From positions 1 through 38,357 of the IMG/VR virus record IMGVR_UViG_3300025311_000002: a DNA stretch of 38,357 bases; one strand, 5' to 3'. Source of the stretch: a virus. The notes under the pieces are model-generated. The model saw nothing but the letters and a program-made list of their open reading frames with translations. It was not told the origin of the DNA and made no database searches. Shown here one piece after another: positions 27,157-33,034 of the stretch (the first letter of the stretch is position 1; the number at the start of each line of letters is the position of its first letter). The translations under genes were made by a program, and so were the position numbers.

Positions 27157-27550
27157 CCTCCGGTGCGCTGAATCTGACGCCCTTCTCGATCCCGAATGCC
27201 GTCATCAGGTCGATCAGGTCGCCCATTTCGCGAATGCTCATGCTGCTGGTGGACTTGCCCAGCACCACGAAGCCGCCGTCGATGCCAGGGACCACGTTTT
27301 GCTTGCTGAGCGATGCGGTAAATACATGCTTCCACTCCTCGGCCGAGAGATAGCGGCCGTACCACTCGATCTGCCGGCTGATGTCAGTCAGCATGCTCCA
27401 CAAAAGCGCGTTCTGCTCCAGACTGCGCTTCGACTTCGCGAGCGTAAGTGTCATGACTATGCCTTGCTCGGGCAACTGCATATCCCTCAATCTGGCCAGT
27501 GCCACGTTACGCAGGCCCTCGTCTCGGATATAGACCTTAATCGCCTTCAC
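27131..27550 (-). CDS. ninB: NinB/Orf-family recombination mediator, 139 aa, GTG start.
   Basis: RSLEQNALLWSMLTDISRQIEWYGRYLSAEEWKHVFTASLSKQNVVPGIDGGFVVLGKSTSSMSIREMGDLIDLMTAFG aligns along its length with lambda NinB (RSLDQNRKLWACLGDVSRQVEWHGRWLDAESWKCVFTAAL...). The GTG start overlaps the upstream stop (GTGA). Confidence 0.85.
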   Translation of the reverse strand: MKAIKVYIRDEGLRNVALARLRDMQLPEQGIVMTLTLAKSKRSLEQNALLWSMLTDISRQIEWYGRYLSAEEWKHVFTASLSKQNVVPGIDGGFVVLGKSTSSMSIREMGDLIDLMTAFGIEKGVRFSAPEDGHVWREG

Positions 27551-27939
27551 GCTGCCACCCCTTCTTTCCGGGATGCCACCATTGCGCCTACGGCGTCCTT
27601 GATTTCGTCATCGATGGCCTTGTAATACGCGATCTGCTCCTGCCTGGTGGGCATGGATGCAATCTTGTGCGCGTGGTAGGCCACTCGATAGGATCGACGC
27701 AATTCCGCACCAGTCTGGCAGTAGCGCTCCGTTGGCGCGTGGCAGGCATTGCAGCCCATCAGATGGCTAAAGTACGGGTCTCGCTCATTACGGTACAGTT
27801 CCAGCTTCACCATATCTGCCTCTTCCATAAATTCCGCGTCCTGTTCTCGCTGCCTTCGTTCTTCCATGTCATCGCGCCAGATGTCATATATGGCGACAGC
27901 GAATGCTGCCAAGACAAGGCCGCCCCATAAGAAAATCAC
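27547..27939 (-). CDS. Membrane-anchored hypothetical protein with a Cys/His cluster, 130 aa, GTG start.
   Basis: Strong AAGGAGGA Shine-Dalgarno. The N-terminal transmembrane segment is IFLWGGLVLAAFAVAIY, and a GCNACHAPTERYC motif is present. Confidence 0.5.
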   Translation of the reverse strand: MIFLWGGLVLAAFAVAIYDIWRDDMEERRQREQDAEFMEEADMVKLELYRNERDPYFSHLMGCNACHAPTERYCQTGAELRRSYRVAYHAHKIASMPTRQEQIAYYKAIDDEIKDAVGAMVASRKEGVAA

Positions 27940-27960
27940 AACTATCCTCCTTTCTATCCT

Positions 27961-28506
27961 TCATGCACCGGGCCGATACTGCCGGGGCAGCAAATCCGTG
28001 TCACCTAGAATCACCGTTTTCATTTCCGCCGCCCTATCGGCGATCCCCCGCTTAATTGCCAGCGCCGCGCCGTCAATATACGCCCTATGCTGAAAATTGA
28101 ACGTCTCCAAGGCATTACCGGCAGGCATCCAACGCCCATTGATATATAGCGCCTGATCGCCCAACATGTAGTATTGGTCCGTGTGCTTATTGGCCCATGC
28201 GGCCAATAGGTCCGCCAGCTCGGTGATGGATGACGACGAGCGAGTCATGAATATCTTGCCGACTGCATCGCCGTCAAGGCGGTAAATATCATCGTCGCCC
28301 GCCTGATCGGCCAGCATGTATATAACTTCGTGAGCATTACGCGTCGGGCAAGTGAACCGATAGGGCACCAGCTCGCACAACCAAAAATGAGTGTGTCCTA
28401 GGTCCTTCATATCGGCCATGGCCGCCTGATAGGCCTCGTCTTGGGTATCGTGGAATTGGTGCAGCGCGTAATCGCCATCGTCAAAATAATAGGTGTACTT
28501 GTTCAT
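27961..28506 (-). CDS. Hypothetical protein, 181 aa.
   Basis: Clean ORF in the accessory region. I recognise no family. Confidence 0.5.
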   Translation of the reverse strand: MNKYTYYFDDGDYALHQFHDTQDEAYQAAMADMKDLGHTHFWLCELVPYRFTCPTRNAHEVIYMLADQAGDDDIYRLDGDAVGKIFMTRSSSSITELADLLAAWANKHTDQYYMLGDQALYINGRWMPAGNALETFNFQHRAYIDGAALAIKRGIADRAAEMKTVILGDTDLLPRQYRPGA

Positions 28507-28520
28507 TGGTCCGTGTCCTG

Positions 28521-28748
28521 TTAGTTGCTAATGCTTGCGCCAGCTAGTGAGTAATCCAGGCCGCAAGTGACGGCCTCCATAACCGACACCACAGCATCAT
28601 TAAGCGCAGTGCCCCGCGCCAATTCCGCATTAATCAATTCCCGGTCGTCATAGGTCCAGCGGGCGTGCTGGACAAAGGCCGCGATCTTGTCGCGGGGCAC
28701 TGGCCGCCCGCTGGCAAGATCGGCCGCTGTTTTATGGTCGAAGCTCAT
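28521..28748 (-). CDS. Hypothetical protein, 75 aa from the ATG at 28748.
   Basis: The ATG is preceded by a GGGAGA Shine-Dalgarno. The track's upstream start is a TTG. Confidence 0.45.
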   Translation of the reverse strand: MSFDHKTAADLASGRPVPRDKIAAFVQHARWTYDDRELINAELARGTALNDAVVSVMEAVTCGLDYSLAGASISN

Positions 28749-28798
28749 TTGGCCGTCTCCCTGCCTCCGCCCCCGCCCCCTTCTTAAATGCTTCCAGA

Positions 28799-28978
28799 TC
28801 AAATGCCATGGTCAGTCGCCACCGTTATCCGTTCAATGAACATCGCGCCATTACCCAGCGGCCCATCAGGCAGCACATGAAGCTCGCCGCCGATGGCCAC
28901 GATCTGATAGGGCCGCTGCCGCGCTTCTGCATACTTCTCAGCTGTTGCCACGGCAATTGCAGCGTCAGCGCAGATCAC
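28799..28978 (-). CDS. Hypothetical micro-protein, 59 aa, GTG start. It is below the track's size cut-off.
   Basis: My translation is (M)ICADAAIAVATAEKYAEARQRPYQIVAIGGELHVLPDGPLGNGAMFIERITVATDHGI. The GTG overlaps the upstream stop (GTGA), and the ORF fills an otherwise empty 170-bp gap. Confidence 0.4.
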   Translation of the reverse strand: MICADAAIAVATAEKYAEARQRPYQIVAIGGELHVLPDGPLGNGAMFIERITVATDHGI

Positions 28979-29331
28979 AGTTCGATCTCGATGCTGATGG
29001 TTTTGATGTATCCAGTTTTTTCACTTCCGAAGGTTGATGCCTCCTCAGCATTAGCGAAAAAACGGCATCCGAGATCAAAGCCATATTCTTCATGGCGATA
29101 AACATTGAACCAGCGCTTGATCTTCTTCGGCGCCATTTCCAGCGAATGATTCCCGCTGACGCCATCTTCGCCACATAGGATGATGACACCAGATTCACTG
29201 ACGACAACGATCCTTGTGTGTTCGCGTGCTTCCGGCGCATGCGCGACAAACGTGACATCGATAAATCCATTGTTATCGCTTACAAGCCGGATCGGCTCGC
29301 CGCGCTTTGCTGCCTCAAGATCGAATTTCAT
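28975..29331 (-). CDS. Hypothetical protein, 118 aa from the ATG at 29331.
   Basis: MKFDLEAAKRGEPIRL... Its ATG overlaps the stop of the pentapeptide gene (ATGA). The region is visibly lower in GC. Confidence 0.5.
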   Translation of the reverse strand: MKFDLEAAKRGEPIRLVSDNNGFIDVTFVAHAPEAREHTRIVVVSESGVIILCGEDGVSGNHSLEMAPKKIKRWFNVYRHEEYGFDLGCRFFANAEEASTFGSEKTGYIKTISIEIEL

Positions 29332-30083
29332 TTCTTGCTCCAAAGCTCGACATGTTTGTCAGCCAAGGCAATGGCTGCCAAATATTCTTGGGCGTGGATG
29401 TTGTCTCCATGTTCTCGCGTGAGATTTTCGATAAACTTCTCGCGAGTTCCGAAAAAGTAACCAGCCCTGAACCATTCGCCTTTGTCCGTCAAAAACACCA
29501 TCAGTTGGTCTGAGCACGAGCCTATAGGCCCAATTGCGAAAACTGGCCGATCGCCGACAAGTTTCCCGTATTCTTCGCCCAAGTTCGCGCCGCGCAAGTC
29601 CGCGCCGCGCAAGTTCGCGCCGTACAAGTCCGCGCCGCGCAAGTTCGCGCCGTACAAGTCCGCGCCGTACAAGTCCGCGCCGCGCAAGTTCGCGCCGCGC
29701 AAGTCCGCGCCGCGCAAGTCCGCGCCGCGCAAGTCCGCGCCGTACAAGTTCGCGCCGTACAAGTCCGCGCCGTACAAGTCCGCGCCGCGCAAGTCCGCGC
29801 CGCGCAAGTCCGCGCCGTACAAGTCCGCGCCGCGCAAGTCCGCGCCGCGCAAGTTCGCGCCGCGCAAGTTCGCGCCGTACAAGTTCGCGCCGCGCAAGTC
29901 CGCGCCGTACAAGTCCGCGCCGCGCAAGTTCGCGCCGCGCAAGTCCGCGCCGCGCAAGTTCGCGCCGTACAATTTCGCCGAGCATTTCATTGCCGCTTGC
30001 AGGCTTTTCAGCAATGTATTCTGCTCGCATCCATAGACGTACAAGACTTCACCAGACCAGCGTGACTTAATTTTGATTTTCAT
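29328..30083 (-). CDS. Pentapeptide-repeat protein, long copy, 251 aa. It has a 38-aa N-terminal cap, 26 x A[D/N]L[R/Y]G repeats and an approximately 85-aa C-terminal domain.
   Basis: The ATG at 30083 has a GGAGGG Shine-Dalgarno. The protein reads MKIKIKSRWSGEVLYVYGCEQNTLLKSLQAAMKCSAKLYGANLRGADLRGANL...GANLGEEYGKLVGDRPVFAIGPIGSCSDQLMVFLTDKGEWFRAGYFFGTREKFIENLTREHGDNIHAQEYL.... The track's 311-aa version is an upstream read-through artefact. Confidence 0.85.
   Translation of the reverse strand: MKIKIKSRWSGEVLYVYGCEQNTLLKSLQAAMKCSAKLYGANLRGADLRGANLRGADLYGADLRGANLYGANLRGANLRGADLRGADLYGADLRGADLRGADLYGADLYGANLYGADLRGADLRGADLRGANLRGADLYGADLYGANLRGADLYGANLRGADLRGANLGEEYGKLVGDRPVFAIGPIGSCSDQLMVFLTDKGEWFRAGYFFGTREKFIENLTREHGDNIHAQEYLAAIALADKHVELWSKK
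29580..29969. repeat. Tandem array of 26 x 15 bp (forward unit caagtYcgcgccgNN), varying at only two sites.
   Basis: Counted directly in the sequence. Units differ only at C/T (Asp/Asn) and CG/TA (Arg/Tyr). All six frames are open across the array. Confidence 0.95.
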
Positions 30084-30112
30084 TGCCCAACCCTCCATCA
30101 TGGGCCACCAAC

Positions 30113-30316
30113 TTATGATCCATCGCGCAAGTTCGCGCCGCACAAGTCCGCGCCGCGCAAGTCCGCGCCGCACAAGTCCGCGCCGCGCAAGTCCGCGCCG
30201 TACAAGTTCTCCGGGCATTTCATTGCCGCTTGCAGGCTTTTCAGCGATGTATTCTGCTCGCATCCATAGGCGTACAAGACTTCACCAGACCAGTATGACT
30301 TAATTTCGATTTTCAT
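30113..30316 (-). CDS. Pentapeptide-repeat protein, short truncated paralogue, 67 aa.
   Basis: MKIEIKSYWSGEVLYAYGCEQNTSLKSLQAAMKCPENLYGADLRGADLCGADLRGADLCGANLRDGS. The first 100 nt or so are nearly identical to the long copy, offset by 233 bp. It has five 15-bp units (30128-30202) and a GGAG Shine-Dalgarno. Confidence 0.65.
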   Translation of the reverse strand: MKIEIKSYWSGEVLYAYGCEQNTSLKSLQAAMKCPENLYGADLRGADLCGADLRGADLCGANLRDGS

Positions 30317-30352
30317 GTTCTCAACTCCATCTGTGTTTTGCTCGACGAACAG

Positions 30353-30381
30353 AATATAGCGCAGCCTGTTCGGTTAGTCTA
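30353..30381 (-). promoter_or_regulatory. Putative sigma70-type promoter for the pentapeptide cassette: -35 TAGACT, 17-nt spacer, -10 TATATT.
   Basis: Minus-sense sequence is TAGACTaaccgaacaggctgcgcTATATT. This is nearly the same architecture as the putative PR (TAGACGtaattttgttgctgcgcTATTAT), including the shared GCTGCGCTAT. Confidence 0.4.
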
Positions 30382-30404
30382 TGACTCTTTCGCAAAAAGG
30401 AGGG

Positions 30405-30509
30405 CTATTTCAGGAGATACACAATCAGCGCCAGCGACCACACGAACATAGCCACATCGAGGCGCATGGCCAGCGCCCACTTACCGATGGCATGGATTCG
30501 GTCACGCAT
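30405..30509 (-). CDS. Hydrophobic micro-protein, 34 aa.
   Basis: MRDRIHAIGKWALAMRLDVAMFVWSLALIVYLLK. Its ATG overlaps the 3' end of the DnaC-like gene by 8 nt. It corresponds to the internal Met of track ORF 30405..30590. Confidence 0.3.
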   Translation of the reverse strand: MRDRIHAIGKWALAMRLDVAMFVWSLALIVYLLK

Positions 30510-31284
30510 CAGAGCCACCACGGCGGCTTTCACCCTCCAATGGCACCCACTTGCCACCATCGCGCAGTCGGTCGAATATGCGCTCACCAAGGGCCTGCTT
30601 TAGGCCGTCTCGGTCTAGGTTCGTGGTGATGATGGTGGGTAGCTCATCGTTGTAGCGCCGGCATAGCACATCCGCTACAGACGCAATCTCAGCCTCCGTG
30701 CCCAGGGATGCCCCAACGTCATCCAGCACCAGCAGATCGCAGCCTGCGTACCGCTGGAATACCTCCAGTTCAGACGGGCCTCCTCGCCGCCCCCAGGTGC
30801 TGCGGATCGTGGCGATCAGCTCTCGAACCGTCGTGAACATGGCGAACTGGTTGCGAACGGCCGCCTCCCTGGCGATAGCGCAGGCGATCCAGGTTTTCCC
30901 GGTGCCGACAGGACCAGCCAGGATCATGGCGCCGCCCTGACAGTTATCCAGGTACTCCCGGACTCGCTGCCGCTGCCTGGCGCTCAGGCGACGCCAGCGG
31001 GCATTCCGGTACTTGCGAGGAATGCCAGCGATCTCCAGCCTGGTGATGGCCGCTGCCGCATAGCCCTTGCGCTTGTCAACTTGTCCTGCGCGTCGCTCTC
31101 GTCGCTGGCTGCGCTGCTCCTGGCATACAGGGCAGATCGGCAACTGGTCCTGCGCCACGCGGAGGAACGTCTGTTCACCATGGGTTGCGCAATTGACGAT
31201 GACATTCTCGGTTGCCGGCTGCTCACCTGCCACCATGCGCTTTAGGTACTCAACGGGTGTTTGACAGAGATCAGAACTGCCCAT
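30502..31284 (-). CDS. DnaC/IstB-like AAA+ helicase loader with an N-terminal Cys4 zinc motif, 260 aa.
   Basis: Walker A is GPVGTGKTWIACAIA and Walker B is LLVLDDVG. The N-terminal motif is CATHGEQ...CPVCQ. The gene overlaps the end of the initiator gene. Confidence 0.8.
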   Translation of the reverse strand: MGSSDLCQTPVEYLKRMVAGEQPATENVIVNCATHGEQTFLRVAQDQLPICPVCQEQRSQRRERRAGQVDKRKGYAAAAITRLEIAGIPRKYRNARWRRLSARQRQRVREYLDNCQGGAMILAGPVGTGKTWIACAIAREAAVRNQFAMFTTVRELIATIRSTWGRRGGPSELEVFQRYAGCDLLVLDDVGASLGTEAEIASVADVLCRRYNDELPTIITTNLDRDGLKQALGERIFDRLRDGGKWVPLEGESRRGGSDA

Positions 31285-32053
31285 TTGCCCCCACTCCCGC
31301 TGTGTAGTCCATGCCGCTCAGGTCAGCACGATGGCCGTATGGGCTGTTAGGACGTTGCTGGTTGCCAGGGCGACTGCTCTGTTCCCTGCGCACCCAATTG
31401 CGCCATGTGGCGAACCAGTCGGCTTTTCGGCCCTTGGCGCCAGCAGCGGATTGCCAGTAGTCCCTGAAAGTCTCCCAGGTTGTCTGGAGCCTTCCAGGCA
31501 GCATGCCAGCCTCAGTAGCCCATGCTGCCCACTCTTCCGGGATGCTATCCAACGTGAGCCGAGTTCCATTGTTGGCGGTAGTGCGCGCCTGTTGCGCACT
31601 ACTCTTTTCTTCTGATGGTTCTATGATGGTTAATGACGGTTTGGGTGCAACAGCTATTGCACCCTTTACTGCGTCAGATTGCACCCTAGGCGTCGTGGAT
31701 TGCACCCTTTGGGGTGCAACTTTTGCACCCTTCTCTTGATCAATGGGTGCAATTTCTGCACCCTTTAACCAGGCCGGGTTAATGCGATATTCGCGCGGAT
31801 AGCCACGACCATTTGCATCGCGCCCTCCAGTGCCATGCGCCACCAGCATCAGCCAGCCAGCCTCCTCCATCTTGCGGAGTTGGTATTGCACAGTGCGCTC
31901 GGATTGACGGGTCCTTATCGCCAGCCTTTTGATCGACGGATAGATATTCTGGCCTTCATCGTCAGAATGATCAGCCAGGGCCAGCGCCAGCACCATTTCG
32001 CCGCCGCCATTTGGGTATCGGTCAAAAATGGCCGTCATCACCTTAATGCTCAT
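31271..32053 (-). CDS. Replication initiator (lambda O-like role) with an N-terminal winged-HTH, 260 aa from the ATG at 32053.
   Basis: Strong GGGAGG Shine-Dalgarno. MSIKVMTAIFDRYPNGGGEMVLALALADHSDDEGQNIYPSIKRLAIRTRQSERTVQYQLRKMEEAGWL is an HTH_36-like domain. Iterons are embedded in the linker region. The gene lies upstream of the DnaC-like loader. Confidence 0.7.
   Translation of the reverse strand: MSIKVMTAIFDRYPNGGGEMVLALALADHSDDEGQNIYPSIKRLAIRTRQSERTVQYQLRKMEEAGWLMLVAHGTGGRDANGRGYPREYRINPAWLKGAEIAPIDQEKGAKVAPQRVQSTTPRVQSDAVKGAIAVAPKPSLTIIEPSEEKSSAQQARTTANNGTRLTLDSIPEEWAAWATEAGMLPGRLQTTWETFRDYWQSAAGAKGRKADWFATWRNWVRREQSSRPGNQQRPNSPYGHRADLSGMDYTAGVGANGQF
31643..31764. promoter_or_regulatory. 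Candidate origin of replication: eight copies of the 8-mer TTGCACCC / GGGTGCAA inside the initiator gene.
   Basis: GGGTGCAA occurs at 31643, 31712 and 31745. TTGCACCC occurs at 31657, 31679, 31700 and 31723, and cTGCACCC at 31756. Three of these form inverted pairs with 3-6 bp spacers. An AT-richer stretch with GATGGTT repeats (31601-31642) flanks the cluster. Confidence 0.6.
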
Positions 32054-32109
32054 CCCTGCCTCCCTCAAAAAATAAGGCCCCCTTTCGAGGGCCACGCCAT
32101 GATTGCAGA

Positions 32110-32289
32110 TTACTCTTCGGCCGGCTTTTCCGCCTTTAGCTTACCCTTCGTAATCACTTGGAGTTGGTACTGCCTACCCATTGGTGGGTAGATGCCCCAC
32201 CCACAAATGGATGATGCAGCGCGCATGCCAAGTTTTTTAGCCAGCTTGCGCAGGCCACCAGCCCAATCAATTGCTTCTTGCGTCGTCAT
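32110..32289 (-). CDS. Cro/YdaS-like small HTH regulator, 59 aa from the ATG at 32289.
   Basis: GGAGG Shine-Dalgarno. MTTQEAIDWAGGLRKLAKKLGMRAASSICGWGIYPPMGRQYQLQVITKGKLK has the YdaS/Cro-like layout. It is the first gene of the rightward operon. Confidence 0.6.
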   Translation of the reverse strand: MTTQEAIDWAGGLRKLAKKLGMRAASSICGWGIYPPMGRQYQLQVITKGKLKAEKPAEE

Positions 32290-32312
32290 GGTTACCTCCG
32301 TTCGGGAGCCCA

Positions 32313-32341
32313 ATAATAGCGCAGCAACAAAATTACGTCTA
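32313..32341 (-). promoter_or_regulatory. Putative PR-like promoter: -35 TAGACG, 17-nt spacer, -10 TATTAT.
   Basis: Read on the minus strand upstream of the cro-like gene, in the divergent intergenic region. Confidence 0.4.
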
Positions 32342-32356
32342 GCCGAACATTTATTG

Positions 32357-32385
32357 TTGACGCGTCCGAACGCAGGGGCTAATCT
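32357..32385 (+). promoter_or_regulatory. Putative PL-like promoter: -35 TTGACG, 17-nt spacer, -10 TAATCT.
   Basis: ttgacg at 32357-32362 and taatct at 32380-32385. It is back-to-back with the putative PR. CCGAAC motifs at 32343 and 32366, and an inverted copy at 32299, flank the promoters. Confidence 0.4.
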
Positions 32386-32424
32386 TCACTCATCGCAAAC
32401 GCGAACGCTCTTTAACAACTCGTA

Positions 32425-32629
32425 CCCTGGACGACCAGGGGAACTAAGTAACCAGGCCGGCTTGAGTCCGACGCATAGCGCATGAGGGCGCTCCCTGCGG
32501 GGCGGAGTAGCCAAGCCGATCTGGTGAACTAGACTTCACAGGCCAGCGCCTTGTCAGTGCGGGTTATTGCATGCGGGTGCCTGATTCGTGCGCACCAAGG
32601 CGCTGGACTTGTGAGGTTTGATATCTCAC
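32425..32629 (+). ncRNA. Structured 5' leader of the leftward operon, with several stable stems and no convincing ORF.
   Basis: Four stem sets are visible. The first is CCCTGG-acga-CCAGGG (32425-32440). The second is CGCTCC-ctgc-GGGGCG (32489-32504). The third is an 8-bp long-range stem, CCAGCGCC (32543-32550) with GGCGCTGG (32599-32606), enclosing GGTGC...GCACC (32576-32596). The fourth is GTGAG-gtttgatat-CTCAC (32611-32629). Confidence 0.35.
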
Positions 32630-32655
32630 ACAAACCAACCTTCAAGGAATACGGC

Positions 32656-33033
32656 ATGAACATTGACGATTTGACCTATGGCGACTTGAAGAAGATCGCT
32701 GCTTTGTTTTCTGGAAATGGCGAGGCCAAGAATGCGGCCATCGATGATCATCTGATCGGAAAGCCGGTAATTATTCGCACCTACAGCGCTGGCGTTCATT
32801 TTGGGATTCTTGATGCGCGCAATGGCGCGGAAGTGCGACTTCGGGATACGCGCCGCATTTGGTATTGGGAAAAGGCATTTACTCTGTCCCAGGTTTCCCA
32901 GGATGGCGTCGGCGGCAATACCAAAATGCCAGCAGCGATCCCGGAAATCATTTTGACAGAGTGCGTAGAAATCCTTCCTTGCAGTGAGAAGGCGGCGGAA
33001 TGCCTGCGCTCATACAACGTGCATGAGGTCTAA
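32656..33033 (+). CDS. Conserved phage protein of unknown function, 125 aa from the ATG at 32656.
   Basis: AAGGAA Shine-Dalgarno. GKPVIIRTYSAGVHFGILDARNGAEVRLRDTRRIWYWEKAFTLSQVSQDGV...ILTECVEILPCSEKA resembles a widespread phage family I cannot name reliably. Confidence 0.6.
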   Translation: MNIDDLTYGDLKKIAALFSGNGEAKNAAIDDHLIGKPVIIRTYSAGVHFGILDARNGAEVRLRDTRRIWYWEKAFTLSQVSQDGVGGNTKMPAAIPEIILTECVEILPCSEKAAECLRSYNVHEV

Positions 33034-33034
33034 T

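Noticed and set aside
29580-29969. Possible CRISPR array, given the regular short repeats.
   Set aside because: The units are contiguous 15-mers with no spacers, they lie inside a coding frame, and no cas genes are present.
29359-30263. Long ORFs crossing the 15-bp array in other frames or strands: 29359..30030 (-), 29482..30036 (+), 29534..30070 (+), and the 311-aa extension of 29328..30263.
   Set aside because: They stay open only because the repeat unit lacks stop codons in any frame. They encode monotonous RRGLA, SAPRK or PRRAS strings, lack Shine-Dalgarno sequences, and the extension reads the short paralogue out of frame. The ATG at 30083 with a GGAGGG Shine-Dalgarno gives a sensible capped pentapeptide protein.
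32551-32655. N-terminal extension of the first leftward gene (TTG start at 32551, 160 aa) or 16-codon leader peptides (ATGs at 32481 and 32571).
   Set aside because: The extension starts at a TTG without a Shine-Dalgarno and reads through the stems of the structured leader. The ATG at 32656 has an AAGGAA Shine-Dalgarno. The short peptides lack ribosome-binding sites. A leader peptide is still not formally excluded.
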